From the IMG/VR virus record IMGVR_UViG_3300047548_001122, positions 1 through 64,000 of that record: DNA of 64,000 nucleotides. One strand, written 5' to 3'. The notes beneath the pieces were generated by a model, which was given only the letters and a program-made list of their open reading frames with translations, had not been told where the DNA came from and searched no databases. Below are positions 43,047 through 53,607 of the stretch, in pieces. The stretch's first letter is position 1; the number at the start of each line of letters is the position of its first letter. The translations under genes and the position numbers were made by a program.

Positions 43047-44962
43047 TATTTTACATTCTTATACCATGGAGTTACTAAAAGTTCATCATAATAATCGGAA
43101 ATAAAATTTTCATTCCATACAGAAGCCGGTTTTGGAGAAAAAGGTGGTTGACCTTTTTTTTGTTGAGAATTGTTTATTATAACAACTGGTTCTGAAACTT
43201 CACTCGTTATACCTTTATTTTGTTGAGTCATTTCAAGTATTTTTTCACTAAAACTTTTTCTAGCAGCGTTTGCTGATTCTGTAATTACGTTTTTAAATTC
43301 TGTACCTTTTTCGGTTACAAAATTTAATGCGTTTCCTGCAACAGTTTTTCCTTGATTTTCTAAAGCATCAACTTCTTTTTGAACCGCTTCTTCTATACCT
43401 GTTGCTTTCCAAATTTTATTGGAGATTCCTGCCAATACGTTAGGATCATACTGTCGTAATTTTGCCCTCTCAATTTGATTTTTTAAAGTTTCATAGTATT
43501 GAGGTGCTAAAGTATCTTTCGCTATTTTATCAACATCATTCAACATACTATCTTGCAATTCCATTAGTCTTGATGAATAATTGCTTAATTCTTCACTTCT
43601 TCTCTTCTCAGCTTCTGGACCAACTGCAGCAGTGTGTTTCTTTAATTTTAGATATTTTTCAAGCAATTCTAAATATTGTTCTCTTTTGTCTCCCCAAGAA
43701 GTAGCTTGTTCTTTTGTCATATACAATAGTTGGGGGTCTTTTATTCCAGGAATTGCTACTTCGTATGGATATGGTGCCATCACACTTTTTCTCTTTTGAT
43801 TTCCTTCAATATTGTATATTTCAGATAAAGTTTTTTTATTTAAAAATTTAGCTGCTAAATTATCTGGTCGATCCATACTTTCGTACATTTTGCCAGTTTT
43901 TCCCCTTTGTATTAAAGGTTTTTCTGGAGTACCTCCGCCTCTTCTGTCGCTTGTTGGAAAAACAGTGTTTGATTCATCTTTTAGTTTATTTAAAAAATTG
44001 AAATTTTCTAGAGGATCTTCATTAGAATAAAATTCATCTATTATTTTTGCTCCTAATGCAGCAGCGATTACAGGAAGAGCATAAGGAAGTATTCCCATTG
44101 CTAACCTTGTCAAACCTAAACGTGAAAATAACCAACCTATTATGCTAGTTCCCAATGAAGTTAAAATTCTAAAACCTAATCCGGCACCTTTAAAAAACTC
44201 TAATATTTTTTTTCCAAAAAACACTTCAAGAGCTAATCCAAGTCCTGTTTTTAAAAATCCAGCAAGTCCTAAAATAGTGTCCATTAAAAAACCAACTGCA
44301 CTCGATATAACATTAATTAGAAGTTCACCTAATAATTGAAATGTTCCGATAATTGCTTTTCCTAATGTTACTATGGAATTTATTATTAATTTAATTCCTT
44401 TTACAATAGAGGATAAGATAGTTCCTAAAAGTCCTTTTTTATCATCTTTTTCACCATCTTTAAGATTACTTAATTCTCGACTTTTGTTTCTTTCCTTTTT
44501 CAATTCTCTTTCGTATTTGTCCTCTCGATCTTTTGCTTTCACAAAATACATATCGGCTTTAGTTCTTGCATCACCACCTTTCATTTTAACCAATTTTACC
44601 ATATTCTGACGTATTACATTTACATCTCTGTGTAGAGCGGGTAAAACCATGGTATTTTTTGCAGTTACTTTCGTATTAAAAGAAATGGTTTCTAATATAG
44701 GTTTAATTTCATCAAAAGATGTTCTCTGTAGCGAAGAACTTGACAATTCTTTTGCGGAAGTTTTAGCTTGATATGCTTTTAATCCTGGAAATAAAGCAGC
44801 CAATAAACCCCTTTGATTTACAAGTTGTCTAGGATCAAATTTTTCCTTTAATCTTTCTTTAATGCCACCAGCTAAAGATCCGGTGACACTTCCACCTTGA
44901 CTTCTTTTGTAGGCTATGATTTCAGACAATCTGTTTGAAGTAGGTTTATTTTTAGTTGCCAT
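43046..44962 (-). CDS. tape-measure-like (gp29-position) protein
   Basis: helical, Gly/hydrophobic central region, directly after gp26/gp51. Confidence 0.55.
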   Translation of the reverse strand: MATKNKPTSNRLSEIIAYKRSQGGSVTGSLAGGIKERLKEKFDPRQLVNQRGLLAALFPGLKAYQAKTSAKELSSSSLQRTSFDEIKPILETISFNTKVTAKNTMVLPALHRDVNVIRQNMVKLVKMKGGDARTKADMYFVKAKDREDKYERELKKERNKSRELSNLKDGEKDDKKGLLGTILSSIVKGIKLIINSIVTLGKAIIGTFQLLGELLINVISSAVGFLMDTILGLAGFLKTGLGLALEVFFGKKILEFFKGAGLGFRILTSLGTSIIGWLFSRLGLTRLAMGILPYALPVIAAALGAKIIDEFYSNEDPLENFNFLNKLKDESNTVFPTSDRRGGGTPEKPLIQRGKTGKMYESMDRPDNLAAKFLNKKTLSEIYNIEGNQKRKSVMAPYPYEVAIPGIKDPQLLYMTKEQATSWGDKREQYLELLEKYLKLKKHTAAVGPEAEKRRSEELSNYSSRLMELQDSMLNDVDKIAKDTLAPQYYETLKNQIERAKLRQYDPNVLAGISNKIWKATGIEEAVQKEVDALENQGKTVAGNALNFVTEKGTEFKNVITESANAARKSFSEKILEMTQQNKGITSEVSEPVVIINNSQQKKGQPPFSPKPASVWNENFISDYYDELLVTPWYKNVK

Positions 44963-44965
44963 CTT

Positions 44966-45103
44966 TTATCTCTTTTGTTTTTGTGCTGCTTTTAATCTTT
45001 CTGCTTCTTCTTCTAGATACCTCATTAACATATTCACATAGATATCTTTTTCCCACGGAATCAAATTTTCCAATTCAGTTAAACTGTATTTGTGATGTTG
45101 CAT
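44966..45103 (-). CDS. gp51: gp51-like baseplate hub assembly protein (frame open further upstream)
   Basis: hand-translated (HDNLQNHYHTNFAL)MQHHKYSLTELENLIPWEKDIYV. Confidence 0.8.
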   Translation of the reverse strand: MQHHKYSLTELENLIPWEKDIYVNMLMRYLEEEAERLKAAQKQKR

Positions 45104-45153
45104 TAGAGCAAAATTGGTATGATAATGATTCTGTAGGTTATCATGGCCAAAAA

Positions 45154-45882
45154 TTATCCGAAAAAACTTTGGAGTCCTTCCAACTCAATACTTTCATGAT
45201 ACCCACACTTATTACAATTGAAGTCCATTTGTTTTTTTAACTTCGGCATAGTATCAAAAAAGTCTTTAATTTTTTCTAAATCTTTTGATTGTAATGAATC
45301 TAAAAATTCTGTTAATTCTTCTTTTGTTGAATCTTTTGCATAATAAATGTTGTCTTTGTCGTAGATGTAATCGATGCAACTAATAATTAATTCTAAAACA
45401 ACATTGAAGTCATCGACATCACCTGTTTCTTTAATTAAACCCATTTTAGGATATTTCATAACAATACCTAAATTTTCACTCAATTCTATTTTATTTGAAT
45501 GTGATGGACCACTTTTGGGTTCTATCTCTAGAACATTCACTTCTATTTCTACAGAACTATTACATTTTTTAGGTTCTTCTTCTGTACCAACCTCATTGTT
45601 GCATCTGTATTTTAATTTGACTATTTCACCGATTGATCTTGCTCTCAAATTTAAAAATAGATATTCGATGTCAAAAGTTGGTAAATCTTTTATTTCAACA
45701 TCACTTATAACGCAATTGTTTAATACTTGAATAATTGTATCGACAGAATATTTTACATCATCCGATTCATATGCCATTAAAAATAACTTCTCTTCTTTTA
45801 CAGTAAAAGGTCTGAACTTTATCGCTTCTCCTGTTGAGTTTAATTTAATTTCATATACGGGAACATCAATTTTAGGTAACAT
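45154..45882 (-). CDS. gp26: baseplate hub subunit gp26
   Basis: LPKI..P.YE, FRPFTVKEEK, FDIEYLFLNLRARSIGE, LEGLQSFF. Confidence 0.9.
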   Translation of the reverse strand: MLPKIDVPVYEIKLNSTGEAIKFRPFTVKEEKLFLMAYESDDVKYSVDTIIQVLNNCVISDVEIKDLPTFDIEYLFLNLRARSIGEIVKLKYRCNNEVGTEEEPKKCNSSVEIEVNVLEIEPKSGPSHSNKIELSENLGIVMKYPKMGLIKETGDVDDFNVVLELIISCIDYIYDKDNIYYAKDSTKEELTEFLDSLQSKDLEKIKDFFDTMPKLKKQMDFNCNKCGYHESIELEGLQSFFG

Positions 45883-45893
45883 AGTATCTCCAT

Positions 45894-46658
45894 TTAAAAT
45901 CTAAAGAAATTTTCAAATAATTTTGTGCTTTTTGCCCCAAAGTAGGACGCTGCTGCTTCTCCAAGGTCTGTATATCCCTCATAGATAGGTTCATATTTTT
46001 GGTATGCGAATTGAACAGTTAATCTATGATAACCATCATCACCCCAAGCCAAAGGCATAGCAGCAACACCTATTGGAAATGCATCTATTAATTTTACTGC
46101 ATAGACTTGTTTAATAAAATCGTCATACTGAAGAATTTGGATATCTGTCATATAACGAGTTTCTTCATCATGCGAAAATCTTAAATTATTTGTAATCGGA
46201 TTCATAATTGAACTAATCCAAGAATCAAATAATTTTCTTTCATAAAAATCATTAGTGCATATAAATCCTAAGTTTATATCATTATATTGTTTTTGATATG
46301 GAACCTTAAATGAAGGTCCATAAATTTTTACATCCGCTGTTTGTAAAGTTTTACCTGGTAGTTCGGCAGTTTCACACTGTAACGACAAATATCTTGTTAT
46401 ATTAGGATTCGAACCTCTTTTTGTATCACCAGATGGCCAAGATTTTCCTGTTCTTTCATAAGTTGTCGCCCGACTGACCCAATCGGTAACATCGGTGACT
46501 AATGTGTTTGGTAAGTTTAGTAATTGTTCCAATACGTTACTGTCGATGTTGCCGTCAATATACCTTGGAATAGGAAGAATCATTTTAAATCTGTTTGGTC
46601 TAGCCAAATCACCTTTAGATTTTATATGCGAAAGAAATAAAGTTGGTGTAAAAGACAT
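45894..46658 (-). CDS. gp19/gp54-like tail tube or tube-initiator protein
   Basis: LARPNRF, CETAELPG, LIDAFP, LTVQFAY. Confidence 0.75.
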   Translation of the reverse strand: MSFTPTLFLSHIKSKGDLARPNRFKMILPIPRYIDGNIDSNVLEQLLNLPNTLVTDVTDWVSRATTYERTGKSWPSGDTKRGSNPNITRYLSLQCETAELPGKTLQTADVKIYGPSFKVPYQKQYNDINLGFICTNDFYERKLFDSWISSIMNPITNNLRFSHDEETRYMTDIQILQYDDFIKQVYAVKLIDAFPIGVAAMPLAWGDDGYHRLTVQFAYQKYEPIYEGYTDLGEAAASYFGAKSTKLFENFFRF

Positions 46659-47248
46659 TAAAATAATTCCTTTGAATCCTGAAATACTTGTGATTTTGAA
46701 ATAGGTTTTTTTTCTGAAGCAAAACTTTCTACTGGTAACAAAGCAGCAATATCCCATTCATCCGCACCAATTTCCAAAAATCTGGATTGTATTTGAGTAA
46801 ATAGATACCTTTTTATGCAGGCATTTTGTTCGAAAATTTTAGATGCAGATTTTAGTGTTTGATAGGACAATCTAAGTTTCGTGGTGGCGTCGAACTTGTC
46901 GTTCGTTGCATATGAACTTAGTTTATCCAGTAATATTAATCTTTGTTTTGGATGAATATAGTGAATATTCAATCCTAAAAATCCGTCTGAATAAGGTTCT
47001 ATTGGTAAGACTAAAGGGAAAGTATCATAATACTTCATTTTATCTTTAGTCTTTGGATCATAAACGAAAAAGTAAAGTTTACCAACAATACTTCTTTCAC
47101 GAAGTCTTGCCAAGTCATTCATCAAACTTGCTTTAGTTGGTTTTAAATTTGAAATTTTCGTGCGTAACCATTCCCTAGATTCTCTGGATCTAGAGTTGAA
47201 ACCTTCTTTTTGAAGTGATGCTTGAATACGGTCGATTAGATATGCCAT
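46658..47248 (-). CDS. gp2: DNA end protector gp2
   Basis: YDPKTK...YYDTFPLV, GFLGLN.HY, IKRYL. Confidence 0.9.
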   Translation of the reverse strand: MAYLIDRIQASLQKEGFNSRSRESREWLRTKISNLKPTKASLMNDLARLRERSIVGKLYFFVYDPKTKDKMKYYDTFPLVLPIEPYSDGFLGLNIHYIHPKQRLILLDKLSSYATNDKFDATTKLRLSYQTLKSASKIFEQNACIKRYLFTQIQSRFLEIGADEWDIAALLPVESFASEKKPISKSQVFQDSKELF

Positions 47249-47255
47249 CGACTAT

Positions 47256-47690
47256 TTATACTAGACCTAAATCTCTTTCTGTGAGTATCTTAAACTGCCA
47301 ACCTCTTTCCTTACAGAATATGTCAGCAGCTTTCCATTTTTCTTGGTTTATAGCATACGTCATAGATTCTTGTAAAAATCTTTTCGTTTTTCTTTTCTGT
47401 ACGGGTCTTTTAGTTTGGGCTTCAGGTTTCACTTCTAAAATATGAGTCATTACCGACCCGTCTTTTTTTTGAGTTTTTACTATGAAATCGGGAAAATAAC
47501 GATGCATTTTATTGTCTATTGGACTTCTGTATGGAATAAACAATTCTTCAGATGCCCACCAAACTACTCCTGGATTTTCATCCAAGTACTTCATAACTCT
47601 CAATTCCCAAGAGGAACGAAAGATTATGTTGGTAGGATCACCCTTATATTTTGAGGGATTGAGTGGAGTAAACTTTCCTGTATATGGCAT
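47256..47690 (-). CDS. gp4: head completion nuclease gp4
   Basis: KYKGDP..I.FRSSWE, WASEE, HRYFPDF, EVKP. Confidence 0.93.
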   Translation of the reverse strand: MPYTGKFTPLNPSKYKGDPTNIIFRSSWELRVMKYLDENPGVVWWASEELFIPYRSPIDNKMHRYFPDFIVKTQKKDGSVMTHILEVKPEAQTKRPVQKRKTKRFLQESMTYAINQEKWKAADIFCKERGWQFKILTERDLGLV

Positions 47691-47719
47691 AAATATTATA
47701 TATTCAACAAAGGAAAGAT

Positions 47720-48994
47720 ATGCCTTTTTTCAGTTTAACCGACATAAAAATAAAAGACCCCACGAACACTGCTACGCAAGGTTCTCTTTTACCTAGTCCT
47801 TACGAAAGTAACGTCCTTCGATATCCACTCGATATTGGATCTTTAGATAAAGGACATTATATGGTAATACATGTCAATCAACAAGTAAAAACGCAATTCA
47901 CAGGTGAAAAGGTGGAAGGTGATCTTCCTACCATTATAGAAAATCAAAACAGATACGGAACCGGTCAAGCAGTCAATACTTTGGGACCAGATACTTCTAA
48001 ACTTATAAATGATGTATCTAATTCAGAAACATTTAATAGTTTTGTTAATGCTTCTTCCGAAATGTGGAATAAAGTGAATTCTTTTGGTATTGATTCAGAA
48101 ATTTTTCGAGATATATCTGAAGCGGCCGGTTCAACAAAAGATTATGTAAAACCTGCTGTCGATGGAGTTAAAGAATTTCTTAACGATTCTGCAAAGTTAT
48201 TTGCAGAAGGAAAAGGTTTACGAACTATTGAAAGAACTACCGATACTATAGCTCTCTATATGCCAGACACTTTAAACTTTACTCACAATCAAAATTACTC
48301 TTCTATGGAGTTAGGTGGTGGCTTAGCACTTCTTGGTGCTGCAGCTTCTGGTTATAGTTATTTGAGTGGAATGACCGATAAAAACCAAATTAAAAATCAA
48401 CTTTTAAAAAATTTAAGTCCTTTTATAGCTTCTAGAGGTTTAGATACTATACTTGGATCAAACGCAGGTAGAGCTGTTTTTGCTGCTAGTACTGGTACTG
48501 TAATCAACCCGCAATTAGAGTTGATTTATACATCACCTTCTTTTAGAGAATTTAGATTCGACTTTATGTTATATCCTAGAAGCTCTAAAGAAGCTAAAGA
48601 AGTATATAAAATTCTTCATAGATTGAAGTTTCATCAAGCTCCAGAAATTTTACAAGAAGGTTCTGCTGGAGGATTAGGTGCTTTCTTTTTAGTTCCCCCT
48701 TCAGAGTTTGATATTAAGTTTTATTATAATGGAAGAATAAATCCAAATATTCCACCAATTTCAACTTGCATTTTAACTTCTATAGACACAGATTACGCAC
48801 CAAATGGATGGTCCGCATATGAAGTTCCTAAAGATAATGGACAACCAATGATGGGAAGTACAGGTATGCCGGTTGGTATCAAATTATCTTTAGTTTTCCA
48901 AGAAACAGAATTGATAACAAAAAACAATTTCAAATCACAAGGACCCTTAGACGTTGACAATTTTGATCGTGTAAGAGCTTGGACGGTGGGTTAA
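47720..48994 (+). CDS. gp48: baseplate tail-tube cap gp48
   Basis: LRYPLD, IALYMP, NPQLE..Y..P.FREFRFDF..PRS..EA. Confidence 0.85.
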   Translation: MPFFSLTDIKIKDPTNTATQGSLLPSPYESNVLRYPLDIGSLDKGHYMVIHVNQQVKTQFTGEKVEGDLPTIIENQNRYGTGQAVNTLGPDTSKLINDVSNSETFNSFVNASSEMWNKVNSFGIDSEIFRDISEAAGSTKDYVKPAVDGVKEFLNDSAKLFAEGKGLRTIERTTDTIALYMPDTLNFTHNQNYSSMELGGGLALLGAAASGYSYLSGMTDKNQIKNQLLKNLSPFIASRGLDTILGSNAGRAVFAASTGTVINPQLELIYTSPSFREFRFDFMLYPRSSKEAKEVYKILHRLKFHQAPEILQEGSAGGLGAFFLVPPSEFDIKFYYNGRINPNIPPISTCILTSIDTDYAPNGWSAYEVPKDNGQPMMGSTGMPVGIKLSLVFQETELITKNNFKSQGPLDVDNFDRVRAWTVG

Positions 48995-48998
48995 AAAA

Positions 48999-49652
48999 AT
49001 GGCAAAATATTTCAATTACTTTCCAACAACTCCTTATTTTACTGATAATGACCAAACTTCGATTGATGTTGTTACAAATTTGACTTTTAAATTTAAGTTT
49101 AATGAAACATTCAAAGAGAATTCGGTTGTTTATTATGACTATATTGTTCCTGAAGGTGAAACTCCAGAAATATTAGCTTCAAAGGTTTATAATTCTTCAG
49201 AAAGACACTGGATAATTTTGATGGTTAATAATATAATAAATCCATTAAATGATTGGCCAATGAACGGTTATGCTCTGAACAAATATATTAATTTAAAATA
49301 TTCTACTAGTGAGTATGCTGACACAGCAAACACTTCAAACACAGGTATTCAATGGGCAGAATCCAACGTTAAAGAATATTTTGTAAAGGAAAAGAAAACT
49401 ATATTGGTCACGGGAAAAAGTGAAGAAAAAACAATTTTTATTACCCAACAAGACTATGCGAATACTTCACCAATAACTTCGAATAATTATACTTTAGGTG
49501 ACAACACTCAAATAGAAATAACAACTACTAGAGGAACAAAAACATATTATGATTATGAAATTGAAAATAATGAAAGTAAAAGAAAAATTAAACTATTAAA
49601 ACAAGAATTTGTACCTTTTGTTGAAAAAGAATTTAGAAAATTGACCAAATAA
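48999..49652 (+). CDS. gp53: baseplate wedge gp53
   Basis: YFNYFP, GETPE.LA.KVY, HWIILMVN, NESKRKIKLLK. Confidence 0.9.
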   Translation: MAKYFNYFPTTPYFTDNDQTSIDVVTNLTFKFKFNETFKENSVVYYDYIVPEGETPEILASKVYNSSERHWIILMVNNIINPLNDWPMNGYALNKYINLKYSTSEYADTANTSNTGIQWAESNVKEYFVKEKKTILVTGKSEEKTIFITQQDYANTSPITSNNYTLGDNTQIEITTTRGTKTYYDYEIENNESKRKIKLLKQEFVPFVEKEFRKLTK

Positions 49653-49653
49653 T

Positions 49654-51012
49654 ATGGATATAGATTATTTTAAGTCTACTGGTTTTAGAATAAAAGAATT
49701 AAAAATCAGCACAAAAGACGGAACAAAATTAGACATAACACAACTATATGAAGAATTGAATATATTCGATTCTATTTTTCAACCTTGCCTATCTGGTAAT
49801 ATTCTAATCAGAGATTCTAATGGTTTAATACATAATTTACTTTTGGATGGTAATGAGTTTTTACTAATAAACATTGGTAAAAGTGATGATGATGATTTTA
49901 GTATAAAAAAATTTTTTAGAATTTATAAAATAACTGATAGACAAAATGTTAATTATAACTCTGAAACTTATATATTACATTTTGTTTCTGAAGAATATGT
50001 TGTTTCAACTTTAACTAAAATTACTCAAACATATTCTGGAAAAACTATTTCTGAAATTGCTAAACAGATAATGGTTGATTATCTAAAAGTTCCAAAAGAC
50101 AAAATGAAATATACTAATATTGATAGTTCTTTAGGAATAAAATCTCCAGATTTTGCAACATGGGTACCTATAGACGCATTAACGTATTTGGCTAAAAATG
50201 CTATTGACGAAAGAGGTGTACCCGGATTTTTATTTTTTGAAAATTTTTTTGGATATAATTTTTCTAGTCTTGGAAATTTACTATCAAAAAAATCTGTTTT
50301 TAATTTAAACTTTAATCCTAAGAATTTAAATTCATCAACCGAAAGTTCTGATTTTTTAGGTGTTAGACATTTTGAAGTTTTACAACAATTTGACACTTTA
50401 AAAAATATTAAAGGTGGTGTTTATGGGGGAAAATATAAAGGATTTAATCCACATACAAATCAGTATATGGAATTTTTATTTAAATATGATGCTATAGGAC
50501 ACCCTAAAAGTCCAGAAAATAGTGCTCCTTCTGTAGGTAATATAAAAACTAATGAAGGTTCTACATTAGAATCCCATTTTGATGCTTCTATACAACACGG
50601 TTTAACATATCTATTGGCCGATAAAAATGAAACTATAGCAGCAAATGATCGTGATGCTGCACAAGAAAGAATGGATTACGAAAATGTTATTTTTCAAAGA
50701 AAAGCCATTTTTTCAATGTTGCTTTCACAAAGAGTTAAAGTTGTTGTGCCTGGGAACTTTTTAATTACTTCTGGAAATAATGTTTTTCTTCATGTTCCTA
50801 AATTTTCTGCTGGGAAAATTCCTGGCGAAGATCCTTGGGATAGAACGTTATATGGAAGTTATATAATTATTGCTTCTCGACACATAATAAAACCAAATGG
50901 AATTTATGAAACTATTTTTGAAGCTTGTACGAATAGTTCGAATAGGAGTGATGACAACTTGATGTATAGTAGAGCTGATTATTTTAAAGAGGATTATAAT
51001 GCTATCAGTTAA
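49654..51012 (+). CDS. baseplate hub protein (gp27-like position)
   Basis: between gp53 and gp5; FLFFEN..GYNF. Confidence 0.65.
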   Translation: MDIDYFKSTGFRIKELKISTKDGTKLDITQLYEELNIFDSIFQPCLSGNILIRDSNGLIHNLLLDGNEFLLINIGKSDDDDFSIKKFFRIYKITDRQNVNYNSETYILHFVSEEYVVSTLTKITQTYSGKTISEIAKQIMVDYLKVPKDKMKYTNIDSSLGIKSPDFATWVPIDALTYLAKNAIDERGVPGFLFFENFFGYNFSSLGNLLSKKSVFNLNFNPKNLNSSTESSDFLGVRHFEVLQQFDTLKNIKGGVYGGKYKGFNPHTNQYMEFLFKYDAIGHPKSPENSAPSVGNIKTNEGSTLESHFDASIQHGLTYLLADKNETIAANDRDAAQERMDYENVIFQRKAIFSMLLSQRVKVVVPGNFLITSGNNVFLHVPKFSAGKIPGEDPWDRTLYGSYIIIASRHIIKPNGIYETIFEACTNSSNRSDDNLMYSRADYFKEDYNAIS

Positions 51013-52798
51013 AGAGTACAAAGGTGTAGTTGTAGACAATGTGGATCCAGATGGAAAAAGTAGACTAAAAGTTTTTCTACTTGGATGGCACGATTTTACA
51101 GGAATGAAAACTAAAGTCAAAGATTTAAAATGGGTATTCTGTAAATCTTCATCAACAAACATTAGTAACATACCAAAAGTTGGACAAATAGTGGATGTAA
51201 CATATAATGGTGATTTTGATCCATTGAGTCAAGGATATTGGACTCCAAGTTCGCATTATACGAAGAATGATTCCGCTTTAAAATCTATTTTACCATTTCT
51301 CGTTTATGACACCGAATCGAAACAATTTGTAACCAATTTTAATGAGGGATATGATAACACTAAAGAATTGGAAGAATTGAATTCCAAAAAAAGTGAGTAC
51401 GAATCTCAATTAGAGGAATTAAAAAATCAATTAACTTCAATAAACGATGAAGCTCAAAATGTTAATGATCCAATTACAATAGAAGCTTCAAAAAGCGAAT
51501 TAGATCGATTGAAGCTAGAACTAAAACGAAAAGAAGTAGTAGAAGAGCAAACAATACTTAGATATGAAAGTTCATTAGTTAGTGGAAATCGTGCAGCAGC
51601 AGTTCTTTGGAACTCTGAAAATGCCAAAACAACTCCATATGGAAAAATACCTTCTGGAGAAGATCAGGTTTTTGCAACTTTAGAAGAATATCAAAATTTT
51701 TATAATGCCGATGATCAATCTAGATATGATGCAGAACTTGAAGATGTACGTAATCAAATAGGACAAATTATACAGCAATCTGCTGCATTAACGCAAGAAA
51801 TAAGAAACAATTCAACAAAGTCTATAAACTTAAATGATGCAAGCAAAAATATACAGTCAGAAATAGAAACATTAAGCCTTCAGATAGAAGATGTAAATTC
51901 TAAAATCAAAAACTTAGAAAGTTCAGCTCCAAGTGGTGATGCAGCAAGTAAAGCAAATGTTAAAGTTGAAGAAGTCAGTAATCAACAAAATATAGAAACG
52001 GAATATGATGAAAAAACAGGAATTTTATACGGTAATATAGACGGAAAAAGATTAGTTATAGGTAATTGGACAGGACTTAATTTTTATACTCCTGGTTTTT
52101 TTGGCCAAACTGGAGTACCAATTTATCAACGAATGTCGAGCATTTTAACAGACAACATTCCTATAACAGAAAAATCTTATTTAACTCCTGTTGATGAGTT
52201 TGCAAAGGAAAGAGGAGATACTACGGTAAATCATCCATCTAAAAATCCTGTTATAAAAAAAGCTGATAATGATAAAACATGGAATTGCGACATATCTTAT
52301 GAAACTAGATTGAAGATATTAACTAAACGCAAAGATTTAATGAGTGCATTACAATGGGTAAGAGATAAAATTTCAGCTTTACTTACAGATGCATCGGGCT
52401 CATCTACCGGTCGATGGATAAAAGCAACAGCTACTCTTTTAACTAATATTTTAAAAGGTATTCAAAAATTTTTAAAATTTATTAATGATGTTGTATTGGA
52501 AATTATTAGTATAACTGCACAGATAAGACAATTAATAACTTGGATTTTGTCTTTACCTGCTAGAATTTTGGCTTTGTTACAAGATTGTATAACTCACTTT
52601 TTTAATAGTGTCTCATCTGCATTTTCTGAATCTTTAGGATCAACAGGACTTGATGGAGAAAAAATTGCTTTTTCGGAAGTTACAGAATTAGTGGGTCAAG
52701 CTCAGAGTACTTTTAATACAGCACTAGAAACAGTTGAGTTAACTAAAATAGCTTACATAGAAATTAAAACGGTTGAAGCTACATTTGAAAAGGTATAA
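50999..52798 (+). CDS. gp5-like N-terminal OB domain plus long coiled coil
   Basis: GVVVDNVDPDGKSRLKV...GWH, IPKVGQIV. Confidence 0.6.
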   Translation: MLSVKEYKGVVVDNVDPDGKSRLKVFLLGWHDFTGMKTKVKDLKWVFCKSSSTNISNIPKVGQIVDVTYNGDFDPLSQGYWTPSSHYTKNDSALKSILPFLVYDTESKQFVTNFNEGYDNTKELEELNSKKSEYESQLEELKNQLTSINDEAQNVNDPITIEASKSELDRLKLELKRKEVVEEQTILRYESSLVSGNRAAAVLWNSENAKTTPYGKIPSGEDQVFATLEEYQNFYNADDQSRYDAELEDVRNQIGQIIQQSAALTQEIRNNSTKSINLNDASKNIQSEIETLSLQIEDVNSKIKNLESSAPSGDAASKANVKVEEVSNQQNIETEYDEKTGILYGNIDGKRLVIGNWTGLNFYTPGFFGQTGVPIYQRMSSILTDNIPITEKSYLTPVDEFAKERGDTTVNHPSKNPVIKKADNDKTWNCDISYETRLKILTKRKDLMSALQWVRDKISALLTDASGSSTGRWIKATATLLTNILKGIQKFLKFINDVVLEIISITAQIRQLITWILSLPARILALLQDCITHFFNSVSSAFSESLGSTGLDGEKIAFSEVTELVGQAQSTFNTALETVELTKIAYIEIKTVEATFEKV

Positions 52799-52800
52799 TA

Positions 52801-53607
52801 ATGGCAGATACGGAAGTTAGTAAACCACAAGGTGATAGTACTTGGTATGAACCGGATTCAGAATCAGCAAATTCAGCATATCCACATACTCACGGATTTT
52901 ATTCTAATTCAGGACATTTTGCTGAATTCGATGATACGCCAGGATCCGAAAGAATAAGATTACAACATCGTATAGGAAATTATACTGAAATACAATCTGA
53001 TGGTACAGAGATTCATAAAATAGTTGGTGATAATTATGAAATTACAGTAAAAAATAATCACGTTTATATTGAAGGGTATTGTAGTGTCGTAATAAAGGGA
53101 GATTCAAAACTAAGCGTTGAAGGTAACGTATATCAAAATATTCAAGGTAATGTATATCAAAATATTGAAGGTGAGATGGACGCAGTTGTTAGTGGAGAAG
53201 TTAACATATCATCCGAATCTGATGTTAATATAACTGCTGGTGGATTAAGTGGACAAATTTATCTTAATGCGCCATTAGGAGTGTATATAGATAGTGATGT
53301 AACAATAAAAGGTTCTCTTTCTACGACTGGTTATATAGCTTGTTCTGAAGATATTGTCGCATCTAAAAAAGTTTTTGGTGCTTTAGGATTAGTAACCCCC
53401 GTGGGGGTTTTAGTTGGATTACCAGACTCAGCTGTTATTCCTTCGGGAATTACTTCTGCCTTTCAAATCAGTTCTTTAGTGTCGGTAACCGCTCCAATTT
53501 TAAATGATGTTTATGGACCAATAGCTATGTTTAGAACAAAATATACGTTTCACTCTCATCCAGCGTACAGTGGACCAACAGGAATACCTTTCACAGGAGC
53601 TTTATAA
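52801..53607 (+). CDS. gp5: gp5 C-terminal beta-helix spike protein
   Basis: YPH....SGH..EFDDTPG.ERI...H..G, VEGN repeats, C-terminal HSH. Confidence 0.85.
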   Translation: MADTEVSKPQGDSTWYEPDSESANSAYPHTHGFYSNSGHFAEFDDTPGSERIRLQHRIGNYTEIQSDGTEIHKIVGDNYEITVKNNHVYIEGYCSVVIKGDSKLSVEGNVYQNIQGNVYQNIEGEMDAVVSGEVNISSESDVNITAGGLSGQIYLNAPLGVYIDSDVTIKGSLSTTGYIACSEDIVASKKVFGALGLVTPVGVLVGLPDSAVIPSGITSAFQISSLVSVTAPILNDVYGPIAMFRTKYTFHSHPAYSGPTGIPFTGAL

